64,000 nucleotides of DNA from Convolutriloba macropyga (lineage: Eukaryota), in assembly GCF_964194025.1 (NCBI RefSeq), contig NW_027449974.1:1-64000 (forward strand), in the 5' to 3' direction. The notes under the pieces are model-generated. The model searched no databases and had not been told where the DNA came from. It worked only from the letters and a program-made list of their open reading frames with translations. The position numbers were made by a program, and so were the translations under genes. Position 1 is the stretch's first letter, and each line of letters opens with the position of its first letter. Below are positions 38,801-49,559 of the stretch, in pieces.

Positions 38801-40705
38801 TTAACTTTAATTTTTGCGTATCTTGAAGAAGTACTGGGTCCTGCAATGTGATGTATTAATGTTCATTACGAATGTGCAACTATTTGCATTATTAGCCTTG
38901 GTTTGCAAAAATTTGCAAATTTGACATAAATCGGGAAAAATTTGCAAATATTTGCAAATTTGACATAATGTTTGGACTAGGTAACATGATAATCTCGTAA
39001 TTGAAACGGAGCATCAGAGAGGATAGACTAACAGGAATAAACAATTTCTGGATCTTTTCCGTTTGTGCCCCCCGCGCAGTTGGCGCATGTTATTTGCACC
39101 CCCCCCCCCCCCGACGCACGTGCCATATTTTTTACAATGATTTACTATGCAATGGCACGTGCTCTATAACGGGGGGGGGGGGGGGGCATAACGTACTGGG
39201 GGACACAAACGGAAAAGCTCCTAATTTCTTTAGTTGGAGTCCTTTTTCTTGTCCCCAAAATCTAAACGTGCTAACTTCTGCGGAGACACATATATTGATT
39301 ATTTCCATGAAAAATCTAAGCCTCAAATAGTGAGCCAACTATATCTAGTTCAAATAGTGAACAAATCAATCGACTTGCTGTGCAAATCTTCAACGTGACC
39401 TTTCCGGAAAGGACTGGAAAATGAAGCAAGGATTGGGGTAAATTGTGAAGCAAATTGATAGTTTTCACCGTAAAGCATCGACACAATTTGAATGTGTTTC
39501 GGAGAGAATGAAAAGTTTTCAGAGGTTAAATTCTATTTTTGACCGCACTGCTCGTAAAACCTACGCAACATTTTTTAAACCTTCCGCGAATTACAATAAC
39601 TGTTTGCTCTTACCAATGACCCGCAGATTGGTGCGATGTAGAATCGTAGAACTATACACCTAAAAATATACATCAGAATCTAGAATTTCCCGTACTATCC
39701 TCACAGAGGATTCGCATTCTGTTTTTTGGCCTGACCCTATCTACGAGCATGTCATACATTTTAAATATTATACATTAGGAGCTTTGCCACTTCTAATATT
39801 TGACGTTTTCTGTGACGTAATTGCTTGTTAATTGTTCTACAGAGCCCGAATTGATGCATGGCTCGATTACGACATCTGTACTCTAAGCCCTGCTGTAGAT
39901 GAGTTTGTGGCACCATCTCTCATCAGAAATCATCAACAATCATTCAATTCCGATCAGCAACAGCACCCAAACGACGCAGCCGAGGAGCGACTGAAGAAAT
40001 TAGAAGTAATTAATTTTTACTATGATAGTATTTGCCATATAGATTTAAGTTCAGAGTATCATACCACAAGTTGGTTTATAAAAAAAAGTTGCTCGACGGT
40101 GATAATTTTGCTTTTGTGGCCGGTGTAGGTACCAAATTGTGAATAAATTTACTCATTTTAAAAGCCCCAACTTTATTTTTTAAATCCGGATTCCAGTTAA
40201 TCTTGCGGTTATATAATTTTTCTGTACGTAAAAACATTTCGGTACCAAAATTGACTTGTAATGCAATGGTTATTCGACTTTGCTCTAAAATATTTTTTGC
40301 AGCCTAACAAGAAAATGGAATGGCCATGGGCAGTTTATAATTTCAAATTATAAATTACTATGACTATTGTAATGTTCACACACTTATAATGGTAAATATA
40401 AGTTATATTTACCATTATAAGGGTGTAAAAATATGAATTATAGAGGAACCCAATATTTTTGGTCGATTTAGGCAGCCCTTGACACAGTCAACGCCCATGT
40501 TCAAGTTTCAACCTACCTTTGTGGCTCCCATCTCACTCTAGCTGACCTAAGTGTTGTAGCATCGCTGGCTATTCTCGACTCAACTAAGTTCAACTTCGGA
40601 CCAAATCGTGCGTCGTTGACCAATTGGATGCTGAGGATGAAGGGCTTGCGACAGTTTCAAGACAGTTTTGGAGCATTCTATGCGATTATGGGAACTCTTA
40701 AATAA
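14735..40705 (+). CDS. GST: Glutathione S-transferase-like protein (delta/theta-type fold) with N-terminal extension; join(14735..14810,20815..20946,21385..21566,24547..24660,29221..29390,39843..40005,40472..40705), ~356 aa
   Basis: All junctions are GT-AG and phase-compatible (1,1,0,0,2,0); total 1071 nt with no internal stop. GST motifs: [43 protein letters not shown]. Exons 4-7 are firm; exons 1-3 are inferred from splice sites and phase. Confidence 0.85.
17930..19950. repeat. Old degenerate tandem duplication (two copies ~1-1.2 kb apart)
   Basis: TTCTAGAGGCAAAGAGC at ~17977 and ~19210; GTAGAAGTGATxAGTATCTTTTAGGCCTTCAAAAC at ~18538 and ~19516. Confidence 0.75.
19957..20420 (+). mobile_element. 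Non-LTR retrotransposon (LINE, CR1/L2-like) 3' fragment
   Basis: [39 protein letters not shown] resembles the post-RT C-terminal region of LINE ORF2. Confidence 0.65.
20815..20946 (+). CDS. GST-like gene, putative exon 2 (basic, Pro/Ser-rich)
   Basis: TTTTGTTGCAG acceptor, ACAG|GTCTGT donor, phase 1-1, open frame, GC-rich relative to flanks. Confidence 0.6.
21385..21566 (+). CDS. GST-like gene, exon 3 (Ser-rich linker)
   Basis: Poly-T..ATAACAG acceptor, AAT|GTTAGA donor in phase 0, matching exon 4. Confidence 0.7.
21803..21940. mobile_element. Small foldback/MITE built from 15-bp GACAAAACAGTCCCA units
   Basis: Left units GGACAAAACAGTCCCAGACAAAACAG are mirrored by CTGTTTTGTCTGGGACTGTTTTG on the right. 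Confidence 0.75.
22061..23882. repeat. Tandem array of four ~455-bp units in GST intron 3
   Basis: Units start near 22061, 22513, 22968 and 23426 (TTGGTTGTGGTAGTTA..GCAGCCTCA..). Confidence 0.95.
24547..24660 (+). CDS. GST-like gene, exon 4 (start of thioredoxin-like N domain)
   Basis: [38 protein letters not shown] aligns without gaps to the start of delta-class GSTs; donor GTAGGT. Confidence 0.88.
25641..26484. mobile_element. Non-autonomous TIR DNA transposon (CMC/EnSpm-like) with CTTGCAAG subterminal repeats
   Basis: CCATAGTGAT..AAAACTTGCAAGAATCTTGCAA matches the inverted right end ..TTGCAAGATTCCTGCACGTTTT..ATCACTAGGG; flanks CA/TA. Confidence 0.7.
27154..27682. mobile_element. MITE, CMC/EnSpm-like, with TTTGCAAA subterminal repeats
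   Basis: CCCTAATTGAAACCTGAGGTCAAGTTTGCAAA / TTTGCAAATTTGACCTTACGTTTGGACTAGGG TIRs; 2-bp TSD TG/TG. Confidence 0.85.
29221..29390 (+). CDS. GST-like gene, exon 5 (G-site region)
   Basis: [56 protein letters not shown]; TTATTTAG acceptor, AG|GTTAGA donor. Confidence 0.93.
30457..30980 (-). repeat. 3' LTR of BEL/Pao element
   Basis: 30530-30980 is closely similar to 36965-37415. Begins TGTTGGAG on the minus strand after the purine-rich GAAGGAAAACAGGGCCGGCGA. Confidence 0.9.
30956..36830 (-). pseudogene. BEL/Pao gag-pol polyprotein (DUF1759 gag, CCHC knuckles, aspartic protease, RT, RNase H, integrase), broken by stops and frameshifts
   Basis: [16 protein letters not shown] (gag), [80 protein letters not shown]. 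Confidence 0.95.
36931..36947 (-). promoter_or_regulatory. Primer-binding site (TGGTCCGCCGACCTGGA), probably tRNA-Tyr type
   Basis: 2 nt downstream of the 5' LTR; starts with TGG, complementary to tRNA CCA. Confidence 0.75.
36950..37415 (-). repeat. 5' LTR of BEL/Pao element (466 bp, TG...CA)
   Basis: TGTTGGAG...GTTACA on the minus strand, followed by the PBS; internal ~50-bp TGCTCAAG..CAAGACAC repeats. Confidence 0.93.
39050..39221. mobile_element. 172-bp palindromic MITE with GG termini and 8-bp TSD
   Basis: GGATCTTTTCCGTTTGTG / CACAAACGGAAAAGCTCC TIRs; flanks CAATTTCT / TAATTTCT; internal poly-C and poly-G arms. Confidence 0.85.
39843..40005 (+). CDS. GST-like gene, exon 6 (C domain, helices 4-5)
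   Basis: (R)[24 protein letters not shown]...EERLKKLE; TTCTACAG acceptor completes AG|A = Arg; donor GTAATT. Confidence 0.9.
40472..40705 (+). CDS. GST-like gene, terminal exon 7
   Basis: [35 protein letters not shown]...[10 protein letters not shown]...LK*, containing the GST N-capping box (TxxD). Confidence 0.92.
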   Translation, partial: AALDTVNAHVQVSTYLCGSHLTLADLSVVASLAILDSTKFNFGPNRASLTNWMLRMKGLRQFQDSFGAFYAIMGTLK

Positions 40706-40885
40706 ATTATATGTATTATAGTCCAAAACAAAAGAATTATAATTAAACAAAAATTATACCGCAACTTTTTTCCGTATCCGATAATATTTTTTCTACATTT
40801 ATCCAGAGATCGGGATAAATAGGCATGAATAAGGACGCAGCCTATGATTGAACTCGATGAATCCTTTTGAAAAGATCAATACTAG

Positions 40886-41799
40886 CCAGGTTGAGGTCCA
40901 GACCCAAATTTTCGTCTGATCAGACTTTTCAGACCGAAATTAACTCTGATCAGACTTTCCAGACCCAAGTTATCTCTGATCAGACTTTCCAGGCACAAAG
41001 GGTCTCTGATCAGACCTTTCAGACCGAAAAAGTTCTGATCAGACCATCTTCAAACCATGGTCCAGACTCAAATTCAGACCATTGCCCAGACCTTAACCAG
41101 ACTAAGATCAGACTTAAGTGCGCTCGAAATAGTTTCATCTGAGAAAGATTTTACTTATGAACAAATCTCTTAATTTTGCTATAAAATATTCATTTCATAA
41201 AAACTGATGTTTGCAGTATTTAATTCATCTAAGGAAAATTTAATTATAAAAGTATTGCCAAAGAAAACGAAACCCAATTGTTGAGAACAAATTTTAATTA
41301 ATGTACCGTTTAGTGTATATTTCTAACTCAATGGATGACAACTTTTCATAAGAAACATCGCGGTCTCCAGTTGATCAAAATTTCCTCTGAAGGGGACCGG
41401 CCTTTGCTATCAGCTGGACTTCTTTTTCCAATCAGAGCTATTGAGCTTTAGATGGGTCTCTGATCAGAACGCTGCTTTGTTGTTGCCTCTTGGCAGAGCC
41501 AACATCTGCCAGGAAAAAAAATGAAAAAATAAGGCGCTCGAAATGGTCCCTAATCAGACCCAATTGCGTTCGAACACATTTCTGGTCAGACCCAAGTGCG
41601 CTCGAAAATGTTATGATCAGACCCAATTGCGCAGGAATCCGCCTGTGATCAGACTTGTCATACCAAATTGGGATCTGATGATCAGACCATCTCCAGGCCA
41701 TCGTCCAGACTGTAGTGCGCTCGAGCTTCCGTCCAGACCCTGTTGTGCGCTCCACTGGGTGTGATCATAAACCAATTTGGTTCCGGAACTCAACCTGGG
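40886..41799. mobile_element. Non-autonomous CMC/EnSpm-like element with 30-bp TCTGATCAGAC subterminal arrays
   Basis: CCAGGTTGAGGTCCAGACCCAAATT / AATTTGGTTCCGGAACTCAACCTGGG TIRs; 2-bp flanks AG/AG; 30-bp repeats at 40913-41045. Confidence 0.82.
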
Positions 41800-42659
41800 A
41801 GTACGGGGGGGGGAGGGGAGGGATAAATTGTCCAATTTAATTTTTGAGCATCCTATTAAGATCATACTAGATTGGTATTATAACCAGTCTCGGTCAAGCA
41901 TGGTCTATTCATGTTCGGAACAGAAGCCATTTTTGACAGTTTTTATACCCAAAGGTGATTATTGTTGCGTTCAAAAAAACAGACGCACCCGTATTCGCAA
42001 ATTCGCAGCCTTACAGAATCACAGAAATGCAATTCGTGAGAGAGCTAATTACGAGATTGCAAAAAGTTCAACCGTGTTGCCCAAAATAGGGAAGCAAAAT
42101 AATAAGTTAATTCAGTATATTGCACATAAAAAAGCGCGAAAAAATAATTTAAAATCAAGTATGCACGGCTATAATACGTAAAACAAGCGCGTTTATTAGT
42201 TAGTTTAATTGCTGGATTCTGTAATATAAAATCACATAAACATATAGCCCTCAAAAAACATGTTTTTAAGAAATAACTAATTGATTAAATAAACATCAGT
42301 TAACCTCTCTGTTATTTTTTTCCACAGTTGTCATCCGCATAATCTTTTACATGGTCAATTTATTATCATTAGAAATGATTTAAATGAAACTCTAGGCAAT
42401 TGTATTGCTAAGTAAAAGGAACTTCGGTGATTGTTGTTCTTAAAAAAATTGTTAACCAAGCCACAAGAAAGCACCTAGTTACATTTCTAGTCGCCCAGAA
42501 AACTGTCTCTGAAAAGGTGCACGGTGACGTGTGCCTAGTATTTTAATTAATTAATGTACTCAAAAAATTTGCCATTTCACCAATTAAATGTGAATTTAAA
42601 AACCCAACTTAATGTCAATTTGTCCATCCCAAAAAGTATACGAGTCACAGTTACATGAC

Positions 42660-43010
42660 ACTATAACCAATGCCAAATTACCAACGCGCGATTTTACCCA
42701 ATGCCATTATACATAATTTATTCCCTTCGATCTTTTCTTTCAATAATCCTTATTGATTATTATGGTACTTAAGAACTTTTTATAGTACTTAACCGGACAA
42801 TTTAATCTCAGATTTGGTTGTGCTGGTTTCATATGAAGTCCCACATGCGGCTGAGGCAATGCCATGTCTCATCAAGCATGACCAAGTGCACTAGCTAAAT
42901 ATTGTGCTATACAATCCTTCTGGTAATTTCAAATTCAAGATAAAATATATGGTATATTTCGGGTATTTTGTTACATTGGGTATATTGGCATTGGTTATTT
43001 TTTCCTGACG
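42660..43010. mobile_element. Degenerate foldback/MITE
   Basis: ATAACCAATGCCAA at the left is mirrored by TTGGCATTGGTTAT at the right. Confidence 0.55.
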
Positions 43011-43799
43011 CTAATTAAATAATTGCGAATAAACAAGCCTGCACGGCTATAACACAATTAAAAAGTACGTAAAGTAACAGAAATAGTTTGCAACTATTGT
43101 GTAAATTCTTCTGCTCAAGAATCTATTTTTTGTCAACAATTATTCTGTCACCCAGAAGAAACAAATTTTACCTTATGGGAATTTTTTACCGTTCATTACT
43201 CCTCTTAACCCCTATACAAAAAGTTGGTTTGTGTTAAAAGCCCTTCAGCGAAAAAATAAGCCTGCATAGCTGTTTTGGTTAAAATTCTTTATCTATTTTC
43301 TATCGTTTGGTTTATAGCATCTATGCAATTTTTTGCAGTTCAAAATCCTTTATGATGTGGGCTGGTTTTATAATAAAAAATATTATGTGAAGAAAAAAGT
43401 AAGTTTTGCTCACAGAAAATATTTTCAAACACAAAGGGTAATTTTTTGGCTATATGTCTTTGGGAGTAGCGTAACGCCACTTTTGAACTAATACTGCCCT
43501 GTAAGTCTTCAGTTCTGGGAAAAAAAAACTTTGATATCAATGCAAAAATCGAAACATGCTTCTACGTAGCTATTATAGTTAAAAACTATTGGCAAACATA
43601 ATTTTAGAAGTTCTGTCCTGAAATCACAAAGATTTGGGGTTTTTATTTTTGATATCATTTCTTGTCGATGCCATTTCCAGTTTTCGATTTTAGAATAATC
43701 AATCTTGTTATCTACGCGGGTTGGCAAAAAGTTTTAATCTTAGAGCTTTTTTATTATGGAGCATCAACTTCATACATTCAAAAAGTTGTAAGAAATTGG

Positions 43800-43942
43800 A
43801 AGACTACGACTTTGTCATAAATGAAAGTATTATGACTATAACTTTTCTATAATGAGAGCTCTATGGCTACAACTTTTTCATAAATGGAAATTCTAGGATC
43901 ACAACTTTTCCACAAAAGGGAGTTCTATGGTTACTACTTTTG
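43800..43942. repeat. Degenerate ~31-bp minisatellite
   Basis: About five units of CTATGxCTACAACTTTTxCATAAA-like sequence. Confidence 0.7.
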
Positions 43943-44939
43943 CATTACAACAAACTTGAGTCATTTAAAGAGTGTTGGTTTTTTTTCGTGAGTTCTCATG
44001 AGCTTCGTACGCTACAAGGGAAAACAGTTGCTCATATTAAATGTCGGTTCTTTCCCACTTTTAGTAATTTTTGCAAAAAAATAGATAGTTCTGAAAAAAG
44101 ATCAACTACCCCTTTGATGATTCTTTTTATTGTTTTGGTTTCTATTCAATTTGTTCACAACTAGGAAAATCGGATTTGAGGTAGGATTTGATCAATTTCT
44201 TTTAGCATTATTTAATTTTATTACTTTTCTGAAAAATTCTACAATATTAATTCTTTAAATCTTATAGGAATTTTATTTTAAAGGTATTGAGATTTTTGAT
44301 AGTTTTTGAGCGACGAGAAGAAGAAGGTATTGAAACTTTTCATTAACATTGTACGATAATACGAAGAAACAATATCTTTGCAAGAAGGGAAAACTAAAAA
44401 AGCAGCTGCAGTAAAGGAAACAGAATCAATTCATATTTGTGCTCGATAAAGTCTAGAACAAAGTGAACCTTGTCTTCATTTAAAGTCAATCTTGTTGTTT
44501 GTAGTGCAAAAAGGAAATCTTTGAGACTACAATTGAAACCGACAAATCGGCTAAAATTGTTTCTATAAAAACTATACGATAGGACAACATGAAAACATCA
44601 AACGTGAGAAAAGGTAAAATTTTAACAACCTGTTTTGGAAAACAACTAATGCTAAGGACCTTGTCACCATTAACTCTTGATAAAAACTCACTTTTTCTTA
44701 TAATTGAACCGATAAGACTTGAGTTTCTTGATATGAAACAACAAGAAATTGTGATAGATACAGGTAATGGAAAAATAGATACCAGGTCTTGAAAATTCAA
44801 GACCTTGAATTTGTCAAAAAATTGAATTGTAGATACTCTAGGCGTTATTATTTCAACAGAGAATATGTTTGGACATGGGAACAGGTTTCTTAGTAGGAAC
44901 CGAAAAGTTTGCATAGTTTATCTTAAATTTCTTTTTTGT

Positions 44940-45100
44940 AAGCAAGCCAAGCAAAAGTAAATGTCAAAAAGCATTAAGTAATATTAAGCATTAAACTGTC
45001 AAAAAGCATTAAAAACTGTCAAAAAAGCATTAAGTAAAGCTGTCAAAAAGCATTAAGTAAAAGTTATACTGTAAGCAAGCAAAAGTAAAACTGTCAAAAA
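44940..45100. repeat. Short tandem repeat (CTGTCAAAAAGCATTAAGTAA)n
   Basis: Directly visible repeats. Confidence 0.75.
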
Positions 45101-47309
45101 CTAGCAAAGGACTTTGAATGTTTATAAATAGCAAAGGACTTTGACTGTTGGAAAGGACTTTGAAACAAAACCTAAAATGAAAATTAAAGCAAAATGGCAG
45201 AAAAAAAGAAATCTGAAAACAATTTCAATTTTCTGTCTAAAAACTGACCCTTCAAACTTTTGTTTTTTCAAAAGTTTGGTTTTTCTTCTGTTTTTGGTTT
45301 TTCTTTTGTTTTTTAAAATAACCCTACAAAGTATTTCAAAAGACAGCTTCAAAATAGACAAAAACAGTTCAAAACTCTTTTAGTTCTAAGAAAATTCTTT
45401 GAACAGGGAAATTGAAGTTGCTGCAGCCAAGAATACCAACTGCAACAAACAATTCCATAAGCTTTTAACACCTGAAGAAGCTGTTGAATTTCTTCAAAAA
45501 TATGCCAAACTTGAAATTGATTGTCAATAAAAGTATAAAAAACAACTTGAAAACTTTTAAGTTAAAAACGAAGAACTGGCGTGGAAGAGCGGCATGTAAA
45601 CCAAAGTTTTTTTCACTTGGCAAGAAATTTTAGCAAAAATTGCGCACCACTCTTTTCGTTTTCTTTTATAATAATGCATAAGCAAAAACATATAATTTCA
45701 GTTTTAGATCACGTTTAGGTGTCTTTGAATAATGGAATATCACCCTAACTCCTCTGTGAGACGTAAAAAAGAATCTCAAAGGGGGTCGAAGTTGCTGATT
45801 TCACCCTAAATCCACCCCTAATTTGTGGGGATTAAGGTAATGCGTATTCCACTCTATTTTATCGGGGGAAAGAGTGTAATTTTTAAAGTATTTTTTACAC
45901 TCTTTTCTCCACTCTTTTAATACTCTTTGAAGAGAGTGTAATTTAGTGTGGACTGAAAAAAAATAAATTCTTAAACAATTACCATTATAACCAAATTGAA
46001 ACTTCGGATGCTAGTAGCAGTTGGCGCAATCGGTGAAGGCACAAAGTGAACGTAATATGTTCCACAGAGGATGCTGAGGGGATCAATTCTCACTACCTCC
46101 TTCCGCGTTATTTTTTTAAAGTTATACTCTAAAAAATACACTCTTCCACCCTTAATTAAGCGGAGTAATACAGTTGTATTTTCCTTTTTAATTTTTCTAC
46201 TCTTTACACTCTTTTCCCCGTTATTTTTGGGGAATCATCGGCCTGGGGTGCTACGGGTGGATTGACGTGGTTGGTGAGGTAAGTGGACGATTGGAGTGGG
46301 GGCAGCATTTGGAGGAGTAGAAAGAGGGGAGTGAGGTGTAGTCTAAACTGCCCAAAAAACTTTCAAGATTACACCATGAATTTAAGTCTTCTCAGCAGTT
46401 TTGATGAACAGAGATGAGCAAATTAAATTGGCGACGACTACAATGACAGATCCGATCACTAACACAATGTCCCTCTATATAGCTTCAATTATAAATAAAC
46501 TAAAACGCGACTTGAAATTATAACGCGAGAATTGCAAAATCATCACAGAGCATGCAAATGAGCATCATCACATCACAAAAATAAATCCCATCTAGCAAAC
46601 ACAAACGAAATAGACTCAAGGCACAGCATTATTCAAAGCACTGAACAAAACAACAAAAATTCAAACCGACCGTCCGAGGACAAATTGCTCCCGAAATACA
46701 TGCAAGCCTTTGGCCTCAATCATAACTAGCTAAAACTCATAGCAGTCATGGCAGTAAATAATGGGGTAGAAAGTAGGATAGTGGGTGGGGAAGAAAGTTA
46801 TGGGGGGGGGGTGAGAGGCGGAGGGGGACGAGGATAAATCTTGGGGGTTTGAGTAGAAAAAAGTTCAAATGGTCAAACAAAATTTTGAGAAATAATATGT
46901 TTACAATAATTGTTTTTTTTCGAGAGTTGTAAATAAAAACCATAAAACACGTTTTCAAATTCCCTGATTTACCTATCACTCAAGCATGAAAACCGCATCA
47001 TATAAGGACCAGTTCAGTGTACAATCTAGGTACCCTTCATATTTCAGAACAAATATGATGACAAACAAGATTCAGTGACTCGGCAATCTAAACCGGACCG
47101 AATTCACTCCCAAATATAAGAAGAAGCAAATTCAATCAAACAAACTCAGGATTTTGCTTATGAAAACACAAGGGTGAAAATGAACAATTTCATTGTTAAA
47201 ATCCGAGAAACGGAACGAATCCATAAAAATGAATTTTCATAAAAAGTGAAAACTTTTAATATGAACAAAGTTGGTGCAAACTTCGCCTGAGACTCCAGGA
47301 AGTGTTCCG

Positions 47310-47500
47310 TAACACTTTTCAAGTTTTTTCGGCTATTTTTGACGTTCTTTTAGCTATTTTTGACGTTTTTTTTGGCTATTTTTGACATTCTCCCGGCAAC
47401 TTTCAACGCTTATTTTTGCTATTTTTGACAGTTTTTCTGCTAGTTTTCACGTTTTTTTTCGACAATTTTTGACGTTTATTTCGGCTATTTTTCACGTTAT
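47310..47500. repeat. ~21-bp minisatellite (GGCTATTTTTGACGTTTTTTT)n
   Basis: About eight degenerate units. Confidence 0.8.
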
Positions 47501-48089
47501 TGAGACGTGCCAAGTCTTGGCCAAGACTTGTATTTAGACTGATAAGTGTAAAAAGTGACATGATCATAGCTCTGAATCAGTACTGATATAAGACTTGCAA
47601 TTAGACGTGCGCAGTACTGATATCGACTTGGCGTTCAGTCGGGGCCGGTATGTTAAATTTTGATTTAGTGGCGTGATTCGTTAGGCATCAATTCATTCAT
47701 AAGAAATATTGAATTTTCTCTTGAACACGTTCTATAACAAACCCTGCACGATGATAATTGGGCGATCATGAACGATAACCTCAACTTTATCATCTCCATC
47801 ATATTTTTTACTGTAATTAAAATATTCGTGCAAAGGTTTATCCGCTCAGGACATAGATTTGTGTCCACCAATTATACTATCATTTGATTGTTTTCAAGAG
47901 GTGGTTGATAATAATCGCTGTATGAAAAACAATCTCTGCCAAATTTTATTCTCAATCAATCGATTCTAAATTACTTTCATCTCTCTTAGTTCTGGCCTCT
48001 CTAGTTCAATATTTAGACGTTCATAACTACATCTAAGTTACTGTATAATCACAATTCAAGCAGTTTTCAAAAGAGATCAGCGGTTTCAG

Positions 48090-48274
48090 CTAAGCGGTTT
48101 CCGGTTCAATTCTGTTTGGGGTCACCAAGTGGTTTGAATAAGCACGGGTGGAGAGGAAATTCGCGATGACCAGAACGACAGATCCGACCACTGTCACAAT
48201 GTCCAACTCGGGGTGGGGTCCCAACTCGCAATCTCCCTCTAATGTCTCCCCTTTAAATGAGAGAGTCAATTGAG
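48090..48274 (-). CDS. Terminal exon of a probable CD20/MS4A-like multi-pass membrane protein
   Basis: TTTTTGTTCAATTTCAG acceptor, phase 1; (A)QLTLSFKGETLEGDCELGPHPELDIVTVVGSVVLVIANFLSTRAYSNHLVTPNRIEPETA*; contains one hydrophobic helix. Confidence 0.65.
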
Positions 48275-49559
48275 CTGAAATTGAACAAAAATACCGTACA
48301 GAACTATGCAATAAAACGAAAATGGTTTCCTTCGTAAGAAGAAAAAATCATGACCGACTAGCGTCGAGCGAATTGCTCTCAAACGACCGGCAGAGGTTAG
48401 CTGAGGTAGTAGCCTGAGAGATGCTAGCATTAGGGGGCGTGAGTGGAGGGGGGTCAAGTGTTGAAGTGATAAACGGGGGTGGTGGGGTCAAGCGGGCGGG
48501 TGCACGGCGGGCGACTGAAGAAATTACCTGAACAGTTCAGGTATTTTTTTTCAGGTAAATTTGCCAGAACTTTTTTTATGTGTACTCAGATTATCAAAAC
48601 ATCTTACACTATTCCATTTCGATTCTATGCATAAAGAAGAAGCTAGAGATAATTGCAAATAAGGACACAATGAAGTTAAAGATTGATTGCGTGTATTTGG
48701 GTTTAAATAATACTACACCTTCAACATTCATCATAATAATATCAACAAGAAAGTAATGGTTAATGGTGAAAACATTTAACCTTCGTATACCTTATTTCAT
48801 TGTCAAAAGTGAATAATTGAGTGATATGCGCAGTAACCAAGGAGACATTATATTATGATTAAATTTAAATCAAATATAAAAATTTCATCGTAAAATTTTA
48901 GTGTCATTTCAATATCGTTCTAGTTCTTTGTAAATTTAAGTTGACTGACTCTTGTTATTTATACGTTTGTCTTCAGGATAAGTTTATTCCATGAAAAGTC
49001 ATTTATGAACAGTGTTTGAAACATCAACCAAATCTGAAAAAATAGGTTGTGGTAAACAAAAAAACTTAGCACGACAATTACTGAATTACAATCCAAAGAA
49101 TTGAATGGAAACCGTGCCAACGCCTCAATTGACTAACAGAAGAATTGGACAGCACCAGCCAAATAAAAAATTATACACAAAAATTATAATTAAAACAGAA
49201 TTTAAATGGTACATAATTTGATAGTTAAGATAACGAGAACCAAAAAAAGTTATACATTATACATAAAAAATTAGAATTGGCGTTCCGCGAACATCTTTCT
49301 GGACGCACAAACGACAAGCAGAAGCAAAAACCACAGGAAGTTTTTTTTTGTAAAATCAAATTTTTACTATAATCTGCTAATATTATTGTGTTATTCACTT
49401 CTTAAATTTTTGATTCTTAAAATTGATTCAAGAACACAGCAGCAAGGTAGGCTAATAACTGGCAGCTTTCACAAAAACGACGGACGTTTAAAACTTTTAG
49501 TTAAAGAACTAAAATAAAACATAAAATTTTACATTAAAATTTATAATTAATACTACTTT

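Larger units (their letters stand above)
29508..38982. mobile_element. Larger CMC/EnSpm-like element of the same family as 27154-27682, interrupted by the BEL/Pao element
   Basis: 29508-29785 matches the left half and 38760-38982 the right half of the 27154 MITE; 2-bp flanks AA/AA; decayed coding-like interior. Confidence 0.75.

Noticed and set aside
40913-41045. CRISPR array or repeat protein (SDQTFQ)n
   Set aside because: A 30-bp period with near-identical units inside a TIR-bounded element; these are subterminal repeats, and there are no cas genes.
44300-45560. Gene or env-like ORF
   Set aside because: Coding-like composition but many stops and no recognisable motif; at most an unclassified TE relic.
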